Shown one piece after another: positions 1 through 9,582 of a stretch of 64,000 nt of DNA. The position numbers and the translations under genes were made by a program. The number at the start of each line of letters is the position of its first letter. Position 1 is the stretch's first letter. The DNA is from an uncultured bacterium (GTDB lineage: Bacteria; Actinomycetota; Acidimicrobiia; Spongiisociales; UBA5794). The notes below the pieces were generated by a model. That model saw nothing but the letters and a program-made list of their open reading frames with translations, made no database searches and was not told where the DNA came from. Location: the NCBI GenBank assembly GCA_963801165.1, contig CAWDDT010000005.1, positions 1-64,000 of the forward strand, given 5' to 3'.

Positions 1-217
1 TGTACCGCATAATCGCAAAAACAATCAACCCCATCACGAGCAACCCGACGACGGCGGCCACAGAGACAAACACCGACCAGAGCGAACTGATGTCTTTGCC
101 CTGAGTCGTGACCGGTGACGGGGGCCCGAGCGACGAGCCAGAACAGCCCGACAGCAGAGTTGCCAGAGCCACAACACCTACCCATCGAATGTGTGTGGAA
201 CCAGCAACCCTGATCAC
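1..217 (-). CDS. ctaC: Cytochrome c oxidase subunit II, N-terminal part (runs off the left edge)
   Basis: Not in the ORF track; translated by hand from GTG at 217 (RBS GAAAGGGA). It reads MIRVAGSTHIRWVGVVALATLLSGC (lipobox)...PVTTQGKDISSLWSVFVSVAAVVGLLVMGLIVFAIMRY, a typical CoxB N-terminus. It lies next to ctaG, ctaE and qcr. Confidence 0.8.
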   Translation of the reverse strand, partial: MIRVAGSTHIRWVGVVALATLLSGCSGSSLGPPSPVTTQGKDISSLWSVFVSVAAVVGLLVMGLIVFAIMRY

Positions 218-356
218 CCACGGATCCCTTTCAGGGACCTTCATTGAGCCTCCACTAAACGCCGAACGATATCGCCGGACATGGTAAGCACCGGACGACA
301 CCATAATTTCACCCACCGAGACCGGTCTCGCCGCCAGGGGGCACCTGGCACAAGCG

Positions 357-1223
357 CTACAAGGACCCGCACTCGACCGCACGGTCGGCGCGCCGTGCCT
401 CGCGGAGATCGGATTGCCGCCATCGCCAGGCGATGACGAGCAGGGCAACGACCGTTACAATCGCACCGCACACCCACATCAGCACACCCCCGGCCTGCTG
501 GTCCGCAACGAGTGACGGACCCCAATCGCGGTCGAGCTGCCGATAGAAATCGCCACCGAGGATCTCACTCGACGACAGAATGGCAACGCCGAGAAAGGCG
601 TGGAATGGCATGGCGGCGAGCAGAGCCAGGATCCGAGCCGGGTAGCCAACCGTATTCGGTCCCTGGTCGACACCTATCACCGACCAGAAAAACAGCGAAC
701 CGACAAACAAGAACGCCACGTGAACCAGTTCATGAGCGAAGTCACTGCGCAGCGAGAGGCCGTAGATCGGGGAGAAGTAGTACGCAAACATGATGGCCGC
801 GTACAGCACCCAGGCGAATAGGGGCCGGGTCAAGAAAGTGATCGTTCTCGAGCGCATGAAGCTGACGATGCCCACCTGGAGATGTCGATCCGCTGCCTGG
901 ATGGCAAGAGTGACAGGTGCCCCGGCAACCAGAAGCAGCGGCGCCACCATGGCGAGCATGACATGCTGTACCACGTGGATGCTGAACAGAGTCGTGTCAT
1001 ACACACCGATGAAGCTCTGCGTTGCGAGCATCACTACAATCAGACCACCAAAGAATGACAGGGTTCGCATCGGCGGCCAACGGCGGTTTCGGTTCTCCAC
1101 GCGACGCAATGACAGCCAGTACAGAGTCCCGACCACTACAACAAGACCGGCCACGAGGCCGTCGAAGCCCCACGAGCGAAGCGCGGTCGAGACATCGAGG
1201 GATGGCAATCCGGCGCCAATCAT
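357..1223 (-). CDS. ctaG: Cytochrome c oxidase assembly factor, caa3-type CtaG family
   Basis: Multi-TM protein with FSIHVVQH, PLLLVAGAP, PFHAFLG and DQQAGGVLMW motifs; sits in the cta/qcr cluster. Confidence 0.85.
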   Translation of the reverse strand: MIGAGLPSLDVSTALRSWGFDGLVAGLVVVVGTLYWLSLRRVENRNRRWPPMRTLSFFGGLIVVMLATQSFIGVYDTTLFSIHVVQHVMLAMVAPLLLVAGAPVTLAIQAADRHLQVGIVSFMRSRTITFLTRPLFAWVLYAAIMFAYYFSPIYGLSLRSDFAHELVHVAFLFVGSLFFWSVIGVDQGPNTVGYPARILALLAAMPFHAFLGVAILSSSEILGGDFYRQLDRDWGPSLVADQQAGGVLMWVCGAIVTVVALLVIAWRWRQSDLREARRADRAVECGSL

Positions 1224-1289
1224 GACACCATCATCTCACGGTTTCCACCCGACAGAGAAAGCCACCAGACAAAGGGCACGACGCTTCGC

Positions 1290-1850
1290 ATGACCGCTTC
1301 CGCTTCCTCTCGCACATCTCGCAGCCCGAGCCGGCTCGAGGTAGGCATGACACTGTGGCTTGCGTCGGAGCTCATGTTCTTCGCCGGTTTGTTTGCCGCC
1401 TACTTCACGTTGCGAGCGGAGAGCACAGCATGGCCCCCGGTAGGCGTTGACCTGGCAGTGGGGAGAACCGCCATCGCAACCGTGATCCTGGTGCTGTCGA
1501 GCGGCACCCTATGGAAGGGCGAGCGGGCCGTCGAGTCCGGCAACGTATCAATCGGGCGTCGCTGGTTCCTGGCAACCCTCGCACTCGGCATCGCGTTCAT
1601 CACCATGCAGGCAATCGAATACTCGACGCTGGGGTTCAGCATCTCGTCGCACACCTACGGCTCCATCTTCTACACGATGACCGGGTTCCATGGGATCCAC
1701 GTCATAGTGGGATTGTTCCTCATCACCCTGATGACCACGATGCTCACCCCCCGGCCCAACCGCCGCCTGTTGCGAGGTGTCGGCCTCTACTGGCATTTTG
1801 TCGATGCAGTCTGGATCGGGCTGTTCGCAACCATCTATCTGTTGCAATGA
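1290..1850 (+). CDS. ctaE: Cytochrome c oxidase subunit III
   Basis: WLASELMFFAGLF, TGFHGIHV and YWHFVD motifs; precedes qcrCAB as in other Actinobacteria. Confidence 0.93.
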   Translation: MTASASSRTSRSPSRLEVGMTLWLASELMFFAGLFAAYFTLRAESTAWPPVGVDLAVGRTAIATVILVLSSGTLWKGERAVESGNVSIGRRWFLATLALGIAFITMQAIEYSTLGFSISSHTYGSIFYTMTGFHGIHVIVGLFLITLMTTMLTPRPNRRLLRGVGLYWHFVDAVWIGLFATIYLLQ

Positions 1851-2587
1851 AGAAATCCACCCGGGTACTCATTCTCGTGCTAACACTGGGCGGGATGGTG
1901 ACCGCAGCGTCGATCGCGACCGCAGCCGACGGCGAGACCCAGGCATCCAACGGTACCGCAACTGGTCGAGACCTCTATGTGCAGCGCTGCTCAACGTGTC
2001 ACGGGCTCGACGGGACCGGAGATATCGGTCCCTCCCTGCACGGAGTCGGAGCGGCCTCCGCCGACTTCCAACTGCGGACGGGGAGAATGCCTCTTGCCGA
2101 GGTCGGCGCGCGGCCCGGCCGGAAACCGACACCCTTCACGGCTGACCAGATAAGCGCCCTCACCGCGTACGTCGCATCCCTCGGACCGGGACCGGCCGTA
2201 CCCGTCGTCGATATCAACACAGCGGACCTGCCACGCGGTGGTGAGCTCTTTCGCACCAACTGCGCCTCATGCCACGGGTCCGCTGCCCGCGGGGGCGCTC
2301 TCTCCAACGGCTTGAGCGCACCGAACCTATACGACGCCACGCCCGTCGAAGTCGTCGAGGCGATGCGGACCGGTCCGAGCCAGATGCCCATCTTCGACGA
2401 GGACCACATTTCCCCGGCAGACGCCGATTCCATCGCTCGCTACGTGATCTTCCTCCAGACTGAGCCAGACCCGGGTGGATTCGGGCTGGGACGGATCGGG
2501 CCGGTTCCCGAGGGCATCGTGGCGTGGGCGTTTGGCCTCGGCGTTGTCATTCTCGCGGCCGTGTTCATCGAGCGAGGCAGCAGATGA
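1847..2587 (+). CDS. qcrC: Diheme cytochrome c subunit of the bc1 (bcc) complex
   Basis: Two CxxCH motifs (CSTCH, CASCH), TGRMP and C-terminal GPVPEG plus TM helix. Start ATG 1847 overlaps the ctaE stop (ATGA). Confidence 0.93.
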   Translation: MKKSTRVLILVLTLGGMVTAASIATAADGETQASNGTATGRDLYVQRCSTCHGLDGTGDIGPSLHGVGAASADFQLRTGRMPLAEVGARPGRKPTPFTADQISALTAYVASLGPGPAVPVVDINTADLPRGGELFRTNCASCHGSAARGGALSNGLSAPNLYDATPVEVVEAMRTGPSQMPIFDEDHISPADADSIARYVIFLQTEPDPGGFGLGRIGPVPEGIVAWAFGLGVVILAAVFIERGSR

Positions 2588-3381
2588 GAAAGCCATCGGC
2601 CGTCGGAGCATCATTCGCGCTGGGCGCCGCAGGTGGCATCGGGCTGATCGCCTCCGGCATCTTGAAGCTCTCCACGCAGTTCCTGGGGGTGATGCTGGCT
2701 ATCGCCCTGACCGGCATAGGTGTCGGCCTCGTTGTTTTCGCCCATCAGCTGAGAGACGGAGACGCCACCGAGGAGCGCCACGAATTTCAAAGCGAGCCTC
2801 CGGTGGAGACCCCGGTCAGCGACCGCGCTCGCCGCTCATTCCTGCGTGGCCTCACCGCGGCACTAGGCGCGCTCGTTATCGGGCTCGCCGGTCCGCTGCG
2901 ATCGCTCGGGCGCGACCCCACCCCTGCCTTGAAGAGCACCTCGTGGGAGTCCGGCCTGCGTCTCGTCAACTCCGACGGCCATCCCATCAAGGCCGGAGAA
3001 GTCACCCAGGGCAGCGTGGTGACGGTGTTCCCGGAGGGCCACATCGGCGATGCCATGGCCCAGGCGCTGCTGATCCGGGTCGATCCGGCAACCCTCGACC
3101 CCGACCGGGCAGGATGGGCCCCTGACGGCCACCTCGTCGTTTCCAAAGTGTGCACGCACGCGGGCTGCCCCGTCGGACTCTACGAGGCACAACGAAACCA
3201 GCTTCTCTGCCCGTGCCACCAATCGACATTCGATCTCACCAACGGAGCGAAACCGGTCTTCGGCCCCGCGGCACGGCCACTCCCGCAACTCCCGGTCGCC
3301 ATCGACGACCAGGGATGGCTGATGGCCACCGGCGACTTCCCCGAACCGGTCGGGCCCGGCTTTTGGGATCGTGGCCGATGA
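2584..3381 (+). CDS. qcrA: Rieske iron-sulfur subunit
   Basis: CTHAGC and CPCH boxes; two N-terminal TMs, then an internal Tat motif RRSFL before TM3; ATGA overlap with qcrC. Confidence 0.93.
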   Translation: MRKPSAVGASFALGAAGGIGLIASGILKLSTQFLGVMLAIALTGIGVGLVVFAHQLRDGDATEERHEFQSEPPVETPVSDRARRSFLRGLTAALGALVIGLAGPLRSLGRDPTPALKSTSWESGLRLVNSDGHPIKAGEVTQGSVVTVFPEGHIGDAMAQALLIRVDPATLDPDRAGWAPDGHLVVSKVCTHAGCPVGLYEAQRNQLLCPCHQSTFDLTNGAKPVFGPAARPLPQLPVAIDDQGWLMATGDFPEPVGPGFWDRGR

Positions 3382-4733
3382 TCACGAGTCGCATCTCCGA
3401 CTGGGTAGAGAGCCGAGTGGGCGGTCGCTCCGTGATCCACGCCGCGATGCGCAAGGTGTTCCCCGACCACTGGTCGTTCCTCCTCGGCGAAGTCGCCATG
3501 TACAGCTTCATCGTGCTGCTCTTGACCGGGGTGTATCTGACCTTCTTCTTCGTACCGGACGCCGAGCAGATCGTCTATCAGGGCAGCTATAACGCCCTCA
3601 ACGGTATCGAGATGTCACGTGCATACGAGTCGACTCTGCGGCTTTCGTTCGATATCGACGGCGGTCTGCTGATAAGACAGATGCACCACTGGGCGGCTCT
3701 GGTCTTCGTCGCCGCCGTTTTCGCCCACCTGCTGCGCATCTTCTTCACCGGCGCGTTCCGTCGTCCCCGGGAGATCAACTGGGTGATCGGGCTCACCATG
3801 CTGCTGCTGGCCATCGTGAACGGATTCGCAGGCTACTCGTTGCCAGACGATCTCCTCTCGGGCACCGGGCTCAGAATCGCCTATTCGATCGCAGAGTCCG
3901 TTCCGATCGTCGGGACACGTCTCGCCGGTCTCGCCTTCGGCGGTGCGTATCCGTCGGCTGAGATCATCCCGCGCCTTTACACGCTCCATATCTTGCTCGT
4001 CCCGGTGCTCATCGGTGTTCTGCTCAGCGTGCATCTCGCCCTGCTGGTTCGACAGAAGCACACGCAGTTCTCGGGACCTGGCCGCACCGCAAGTAACGTC
4101 GTAGGTACCCGGCTATGGCCTGGCTTTGCGGCGAAGACGGTCGGCTTGTTCTTCCTGGTGGCGGCAACACTTGCCCTGCTGGCAGGTCTCGCTCAGATCA
4201 ACCCCATCTGGCTATACGGCCCATACCATCCGGCGCAAGTGAGTGCTCCCGCACAGCCAGATTGGTACATGGGATGGCTCGAAGGTGCATTGAGGCTCTT
4301 CCCCGGATGGGAAACCCGGGCGTTTGGTTTTGAGATTCCGAACCCCTTCTTCCCCGGCGTGCTCCTCCCCGGCATCACCTTCACTGCGCTCTACCTCTGG
4401 CCCTTCCTCGAAGCGCGCTTTGTTGGCGACCACGAGATTCATCATCTGGCCGACCGGCCGTCGGATCGTCCCTGGCGGACCGCAATCGGGATCGGGGTGC
4501 TTGCGTTCTATGGAATCCTGTTCATTGCCGGAAGCAACGACATCCTCGCTTCCAGGCTTCACCTCTCAATCAACGCGGTCACCCAAACCCTGCGCGTGTT
4601 GCTGTTTATCACACCGATCATTGCGGGTTACGTGGCATACCGCCTCACGTCGGAGCGCGGTCGGCAGAAGCTGAAGCCACGTCGAGTGTCGGTTTCTCAG
4701 ACCAGCGATGGGGGTTTCGACACCGAGGAGTGA
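3378..4733 (+). CDS. qcrB: Cytochrome b subunit
   Basis: FPDHWSFLLGE, RQMHHWAA, GYSLPDDLLSG and QPDWY motifs; ATGA overlap with qcrA. Confidence 0.95.
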   Translation: MITSRISDWVESRVGGRSVIHAAMRKVFPDHWSFLLGEVAMYSFIVLLLTGVYLTFFFVPDAEQIVYQGSYNALNGIEMSRAYESTLRLSFDIDGGLLIRQMHHWAALVFVAAVFAHLLRIFFTGAFRRPREINWVIGLTMLLLAIVNGFAGYSLPDDLLSGTGLRIAYSIAESVPIVGTRLAGLAFGGAYPSAEIIPRLYTLHILLVPVLIGVLLSVHLALLVRQKHTQFSGPGRTASNVVGTRLWPGFAAKTVGLFFLVAATLALLAGLAQINPIWLYGPYHPAQVSAPAQPDWYMGWLEGALRLFPGWETRAFGFEIPNPFFPGVLLPGITFTALYLWPFLEARFVGDHEIHHLADRPSDRPWRTAIGIGVLAFYGILFIAGSNDILASRLHLSINAVTQTLRVLLFITPIIAGYVAYRLTSERGRQKLKPRRVSVSQTSDGGFDTEE

Positions 4734-4938
4734 CACCGGACGGCGGTAGGCGCGTGACGCCGATGGTGCTGAGCAGGCCTGCCCCGGGCAATTGTCCCGG
4801 CTCACCCACACCGATGGACTCTACCGGCGACGCCTCTGAGCACCTACGTTGTCCGGGAACGGCAGCAGCTCGAGAGGAGCAGTCCCATATGACCGATTAC
4901 CGGAGGTATGGCTGGAAGACGATACGGGAGAGGTCCTG

Positions 4939-5535
4939 ATGGCCGACTTAGCAAGTGACACAGTGAAGCTGACCGATCTGACTGCCAACCCGGCACCGCT
5001 CGGTCTGCTCGGCTTCGGTACCACCACCGTCCTGCTCAACATGCACAACGCCGGCATATTCGCACTGGGAAGCGCCATCCTTGCGATGGGTGTCTTCTAC
5101 GGCGGCCTGGCGCAGATCTTTGCAGGCTGGATGGAATGGAAGAAGGGCAACACGTTCGGTGCGGTCGCCTTCACTTCCTACGGCCTCTTCTGGGAGTCCC
5201 TCGTTCTCCTGGTACTCATGCCGGCTTGGGGATGGACCGAGGCGACGTCACCGGGCGGCATGGCCGCCTACCTCTGGACCTGGGGTGTGTTCACCTTCTT
5301 CATGTGGTTCGGCACCTTCAAATCCAGCAGGGCGCTCCAGGTCGTGTTCCTGACACTGTGGATCCTGTTCCTGTTGCTCGGTCTCGGTGAGGTTGTCGGC
5401 GGCGACGCTGGCTCCACGATCACCAAGATCGCCGGCTGGGAAGGCATCGTCTGCGGCGCTTCGGCCATGTACACGGCCGCTGCCCTGATCCTCAACGAGG
5501 TATTCGATCGAACCGTGCTGCCGGTCGAGTTCTAG
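4939..5535 (+). CDS. satP: Acetate/succinate uptake channel, GPR1/FUN34/YaaH (SatP) family
   Basis: Signature [17 protein letters not shown] and GNTFG..AFTSYG; RBS GGAGAGG before ATG 4939. Confidence 0.92.
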   Translation: MADLASDTVKLTDLTANPAPLGLLGFGTTTVLLNMHNAGIFALGSAILAMGVFYGGLAQIFAGWMEWKKGNTFGAVAFTSYGLFWESLVLLVLMPAWGWTEATSPGGMAAYLWTWGVFTFFMWFGTFKSSRALQVVFLTLWILFLLLGLGEVVGGDAGSTITKIAGWEGIVCGASAMYTAAALILNEVFDRTVLPVEF

Positions 5536-5564
5536 AACGGCAACATCGCCCATCGGGTCATAAG

Positions 5565-5596
5565 GAAAGGGGCGGGCCTTTGGGCCCGCCCCTTTC
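5565..5596. terminator. Probable bidirectional intrinsic terminator between convergent satP and the thioredoxin gene
   Basis: Perfect 14-bp stem GAAAGGGGCGGGCC-tttg-GGCCCGCCCCTTTC. Confidence 0.8.
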
Positions 5597-5613
5597 TCGT
5601 GCAACCGTTTCGA

Positions 5614-6066
5614 TCACATCGCTGAACGGTTCCCCGGGTAATTGGCGTATCCGGCCACGCCCGCCCCAAGCGCAACCAGCGGCCAGATGGGACCTGTCAG
5701 CAAACCGACCGCTACCAGACCCGCCCCGCCGAGAGTCCAGACCACCCGGTCGCCGGCCCCGATGCGGGCAACGGCGACCGCGGTCCCGGCGGCAACCTGG
5801 GTGAACATCACCTGTAACTCGCGCCTGGTGCGGCGACCGGTGAACCGGGCTACCTCCGCTCCGTCCCGGACGGCCAACAGGGTCGGCGTGCCGAGCACCC
5901 CCAACGCTGCTGCGAACTCAGGATCGAAACTCGCATCGATGACCACGAGGTCGACATCGTCGAACCCGGCCGCCACCGCCTCGAGGTCGGGCTTCATCGC
6001 CCGACACTCGACACAGTGCGGAGTCACCACCTCAACGAGGGTCGGTCTGATGAAACCCGCAAGCAC
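5614..6066 (-). CDS. Thioredoxin-fold protein with C-terminal membrane hairpin
   Basis: CVEC motif, cis-Pro loop GTPT, and two hydrophobic C-terminal helices. Confidence 0.75.
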   Translation of the reverse strand: MLAGFIRPTLVEVVTPHCVECRAMKPDLEAVAAGFDDVDLVVIDASFDPEFAAALGVLGTPTLLAVRDGAEVARFTGRRTRRELQVMFTQVAAGTAVAVARIGAGDRVVWTLGGAGLVAVGLLTGPIWPLVALGAGVAGYANYPGNRSAM

Positions 6067-6081
6067 GCCGTCTCGTAACTA

Positions 6082-6276
6082 CTACTTGGTGCTGAACTTG
6101 AAGACCGAATAGAGCGGGCACCAGCCCACGATCCCTGTTACCAGAGGCACAAACCCGATGATCCCGACGGCGATTCCGAGACCACCGCTGATAACGCTCG
6201 AGAAACCTAGATAGATGAGGACGATGCCGAGAATGACCCTGGCGATACGATCCCAACTCGCTTCGTTGAATGACAT
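6082..6276 (-). CDS. DUF2892 / YgaP-like membrane protein
   Basis: N..xDRIAR..LG, two TMs, conserved GWCPLY; RBS AAGGAG. Confidence 0.88.
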   Translation of the reverse strand: MSFNEASWDRIARVILGIVLIYLGFSSVISGGLGIAVGIIGFVPLVTGIVGWCPLYSVFKFSTK

Positions 6277-6386
6277 TTTCTCTCCTTGGTAGGGCTTGGC
6301 GCTCTCAGATATATCGCGCTTGGTGCATACAACACCAACTGACTACAGATTATTCGACCTTTCCAGTTGTTGACCCGGTCGCGGCG

Positions 6387-6419
6387 GGTCGCCCCCCGGG
6401 GAGTCTGCGGGGGGCGACC
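6387..6419 (-). terminator. GC-rich hairpin downstream of the 6446..7405 gene
   Basis: Perfect 12-bp stem GGTCGCCCCCCG/CGGGGGGCGACC; no strong U-tract. Confidence 0.55.
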
Positions 6420-6445
6420 GTGATACCGAAGTACATATAGTTCGG

Positions 6446-7405
6446 CTAGCTGTCCTCACGCACCTTGATGCGAACCTGACCGTCCTCGAGCTCGGCGCTG
6501 AACCGGATGCGCCGATCTCCGTTGCGGAAGTCCACGTCGATCTCACGACCGGAGGCAGCCTCTACCTCCGGCGACCATCCGGCGGAAGGACCGGTGCCGA
6601 CAAGCGTCAGCGTCGTTCCGTCGAAGGTGATCGTCACGGTTCCACCGTCACCTGCGTCGTATGTCACGGTGCTGGTCGCCGGCGGCATGGTTGTCGAAGA
6701 CGTCGGAGGCACCGTCGTCGTCGGGGCCATGGTGGTGGTCACGCCGTTGTCGTCGTGATGGCCCGACCGATCGTCGGAGCTAGACCCGTCATCGCTGCCC
6801 GACTTGTCATCATCCGCCGACGTGTCGTCGCTGCCCGACCTATTGTCATTAACGGAGTCGTCACCAACGGAGTCGTCGCTGACGGACTGGTCGTCGCTGC
6901 CCGACTTGTGATCACCGGACTTGTGATCATCCGCGGACGTGTCGTCGCTACCCGACCTATCGTCGCCAACAGAGTCGTCACCAACAGAGTCGTCACCAAC
7001 AGAGTCGTCGCCAACTTTCGCGGTGTCATCGTTGGCCTCGACCTTGGCTTCGATCTGGCCTCCGTCGATCTCGGCTTTGAAGTGGATCTGACGGTCGCCG
7101 TCGCTGAATTGCGCCTCGACCTCGCGGCCGCTGGGCCCCTCGATCTCACCAGACCAGCCTTCGGCCGGCTCGATTGAGGCGATCTCCAGAGCCAAACCGT
7201 TAGAGGTCACCGACACGGTGCCTGCATCGGCGACCTCGTAGATGATCGCATCCGCCGTCGCCACCTCGGCGGACGTTGCCGCAACAGGTTCCGATGAGCT
7301 GCCTACCGGCAGCCCGGCATTTGAGTTCACCAGAGCCGAAGCCATGCCGACGGCCATGAGCGCGGTCAGCACGGTCCCTATCAAGACTGCGAGTCTCCTG
7401 AACAT
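6446..7405 (-). CDS. Secreted protein with two copies of a ~65-aa beta domain separated by an Asp/Ser/Gly/His-rich repeat linker
   Basis: Signal peptide ending MASA; RBS AAGGAG; internal duplication GWSGEIEGPSGREVEAQFSDGDR vs GWSPEVEAASGREIDVDFRNGDR. Confidence 0.8.
   Translation of the reverse strand: MFRRLAVLIGTVLTALMAVGMASALVNSNAGLPVGSSSEPVAATSAEVATADAIIYEVADAGTVSVTSNGLALEIASIEPAEGWSGEIEGPSGREVEAQFSDGDRQIHFKAEIDGGQIEAKVEANDDTAKVGDDSVGDDSVGDDSVGDDRSGSDDTSADDHKSGDHKSGSDDQSVSDDSVGDDSVNDNRSGSDDTSADDDKSGSDDGSSSDDRSGHHDDNGVTTTMAPTTTVPPTSSTTMPPATSTVTYDAGDGGTVTITFDGTTLTLVGTGPSAGWSPEVEAASGREIDVDFRNGDRRIRFSAELEDGQVRIKVREDS
6959..7015. repeat. 15-bp tandem repeat (about 3.8 units) encoding VGDDS, within a longer low-complexity tract (~6745-7030)
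   Basis: agagtcgtcaccaac x2 plus agagtcgtcgccaac plus a partial unit; block RSGSDDTSADD also occurs twice. Confidence 0.9.
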
Positions 7406-7462
7406 TTCCTAGCTCCTTTTGAGTGCATGGGGACACGATGCAGGAACGCGGGTTCGAGAGTC

Positions 7463-7480
7463 CTCCAACGATGGTTAGAG
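7463..7480 (-). promoter_or_regulatory. Putative response-regulator box (copy 1)
   Basis: CTCTAACCATcgtTGGAG on the minus strand, 22 nt upstream of a weak -10 (CATCGT, 7440-7435); matches copy 2 at 9531. Confidence 0.55.
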
Positions 7481-8791
7481 AAACCTCTTCTCTCGAAGGG
7501 TCTCGGAGGCACCACCGGCGAGAGGTATGAGGAGTGTGACGACCGTTCCTCCGGACGACCCGTCGCGCCATTCGGCGGTGCCCCCGGCCGCCTCGGCGGT
7601 ACGGCGCACGATGTCAGCTCCCAGCCCCGTAGAACCGGCGCCGCTCGAGCCCCGCTCCAGCAAGGCCGGGTCAGCGATGCCCGGGCCTGCGTCGGTGACC
7701 ATCACACGCACGTGGTTCGGGGCGGCTGGATCCATCTGCACCCGATATGCGATCCCCGGCGGAGTGTGCGCAAAGACATTGCCCAGCAGCGCGTCGAGCA
7801 TCGCCTCGAGATCGGAGCGATTGCCGGCTACGACAAAGGTGCCCGGTGCCACGTGGAGCTCCCAACTCCGCTTCTGGTCATCGGCGAGGTATCCCCAGTA
7901 GCGGACCCGCTCCGACACGATGGCTCCCAGGTCGCCGACCACACCGCCACCGTCGCGCACCGAGCGGCGTGCCTCGCTGATAACGTGCCCGACTACTCGT
8001 TCGAGCTCGTCTACATCTCTCTGCAGCTTGGCCACATCGACCTCTCGCTCCAGGGCCTCGATGTCGAGCTTGAGTGCGGTCAGAGGGGTACGGAGCCGGT
8101 GCGAGACGTCGGCGGCCGTCTCCCGTTCTCTGTCCATCAGCGCGCTCACCCGCTCCGTGAGGGCGTTGAAGGCACTGCCGACCTCAGCGAGCTCACTCGG
8201 TCCGGAGGGCTGGACGGCGACTGTCAACTCGCCCCTGCCAAGCCGATGCGTGGCATCAACCAGGTCGTCGATGGGCTTTACAACGGCCCGGCTCATACGC
8301 TGGGCAACGGCCAGCGCGAGGATGATGAGGACCACACCGAGCCCGCCCAGCACCGCCCAGGCGAAACCAACGCTCCTCGTGAGTTCCGCACCCGATACGG
8401 TGACGACAACGACCCACGGGGGCCCGTCTCCCCGGAAAACGGGCACGATCACGGCCTGTCCGCCATCGAGCGGCTGGCGGTACGCCTGGCCACCGTGCTG
8501 CGCCGCCGTCAGGTCGACATCAGAAGGGAGGGCGGCACCGAGCAGCGTGCCGTCTGCCAGGACGATCGACGTGTCCGAAGTAACCAGAACAGCCGCATCC
8601 AACTCCCTGATTGAGTCCTCGCTGCCGTCGACCGTAGCGGCAAACCGTGCCACCGTTTGAGCCTCACGCTCGGCTGCGGTCAGTGCCCGGTCGGCGGCGA
8701 GGTCTCTGACCAGTACGGCAAGAGGCACGAGGAAAGCAAGGATCACTATCGACGTGATCGAGAGCGCATACAGCGCCAGCCAACGTCTCAC
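7475..8791 (-). CDS. HAMP-domain sensor histidine kinase
   Basis: Two TMs, HAMP, H-box SHRLRTP, N-box GNVFAH, DAGPG and GLG boxes; GTGA overlap with the response regulator. Confidence 0.93.
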   Translation of the reverse strand: MRRWLALYALSITSIVILAFLVPLAVLVRDLAADRALTAAEREAQTVARFAATVDGSEDSIRELDAAVLVTSDTSIVLADGTLLGAALPSDVDLTAAQHGGQAYRQPLDGGQAVIVPVFRGDGPPWVVVVTVSGAELTRSVGFAWAVLGGLGVVLIILALAVAQRMSRAVVKPIDDLVDATHRLGRGELTVAVQPSGPSELAEVGSAFNALTERVSALMDRERETAADVSHRLRTPLTALKLDIEALEREVDVAKLQRDVDELERVVGHVISEARRSVRDGGGVVGDLGAIVSERVRYWGYLADDQKRSWELHVAPGTFVVAGNRSDLEAMLDALLGNVFAHTPPGIAYRVQMDPAAPNHVRVMVTDAGPGIADPALLERGSSGAGSTGLGADIVRRTAEAAGGTAEWRDGSSGGTVVTLLIPLAGGASETLREKRFL

Positions 8792-9471
8792 GAGTCGGGC
8801 GCCACCAGCTTGATCCCGACTCCGTGCACCGTCTGGAGGTAGCGAGCATCGGCAGCGGTCTCCCCCAGCTTGCGACGCAGCACTGACAGATGGACGTCAA
8901 CGGTCTTGTCGGCCCCCCCATACGGCTGCCGCCAAACCTCGGCCAGCAACTCCCGCTTGGAAACCACGACACCGGTACGTTCGGCTAGGTAGGCGAGGAA
9001 GTCGAATTCCTTCCTCGTGAGCTCGAGTGGAGACCCGTCGAGCTCTGCTATCCGCTGGTTCACATCGATCTGCAGCCCGCCGACGACGTAAGGGCCCTGC
9101 GGAGCTCCCGGCGCGGTACGTCGGAGAATCGCTTCGATTCGCGCAAGCAGCTGGGCCCCCGAGAACGGCTTCACCACGTAGTCGTCAGCGCCGTCGCGGA
9201 GAACACGCACGATCTCGGTCTCCTCGTCACGGGCGGTGGCGACGATAACGGGCACCGAGCTCACTCCGCGGATCATCTTGAGGACCTGGCCGCCGTCGAT
9301 ATCGGGCAGACCGAGGTCGAGCACAACCACATCGAAGCCGCCGGCGGCGATACGCTCGACACCTGCCATCCCCGAACTGCACGTCTCGGCAGATTGCCCT
9401 GCGTCCGCGAGGAACCTCGCCAGACCCTGTCGAATGGCTGCGTCGTCTTCGATGATGAGAACCGCCGGCAT
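8788..9471 (-). CDS. OmpR/PhoB-family response regulator
   Basis: IEDD, LDLGLPD, KPF and winged-helix TVHGVG; leaderless-type TAGGAT 6 nt upstream of ATG. Confidence 0.95.
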   Translation of the reverse strand: MPAVLIIEDDAAIRQGLARFLADAGQSAETCSSGMAGVERIAAGGFDVVVLDLGLPDIDGGQVLKMIRGVSSVPVIVATARDEETEIVRVLRDGADDYVVKPFSGAQLLARIEAILRRTAPGAPQGPYVVGGLQIDVNQRIAELDGSPLELTRKEFDFLAYLAERTGVVVSKRELLAEVWRQPYGGADKTVDVHLSVLRRKLGETAADARYLQTVHGVGIKLVAPDS

Positions 9472-9530
9472 GGCGCCATCCTATTCCGTGTCGGCCGCCG
9501 AACCCGCTCGATCCCACCGACTTTGCAAAG

Positions 9531-9548
9531 CTCTAACCATTCCTGGAG
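9531..9548 (+). promoter_or_regulatory. Putative response-regulator box (copy 2)
   Basis: CTCTAACCATtccTGGAG, 22 nt upstream of a weak -10 (GATAGT, 9571-9576) that lies 6 nt before ATG 9583. Confidence 0.55.
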
Positions 9549-9582
9549 AAAGCGACAACGGTGAGCGTGCGATAGTGGAGCC

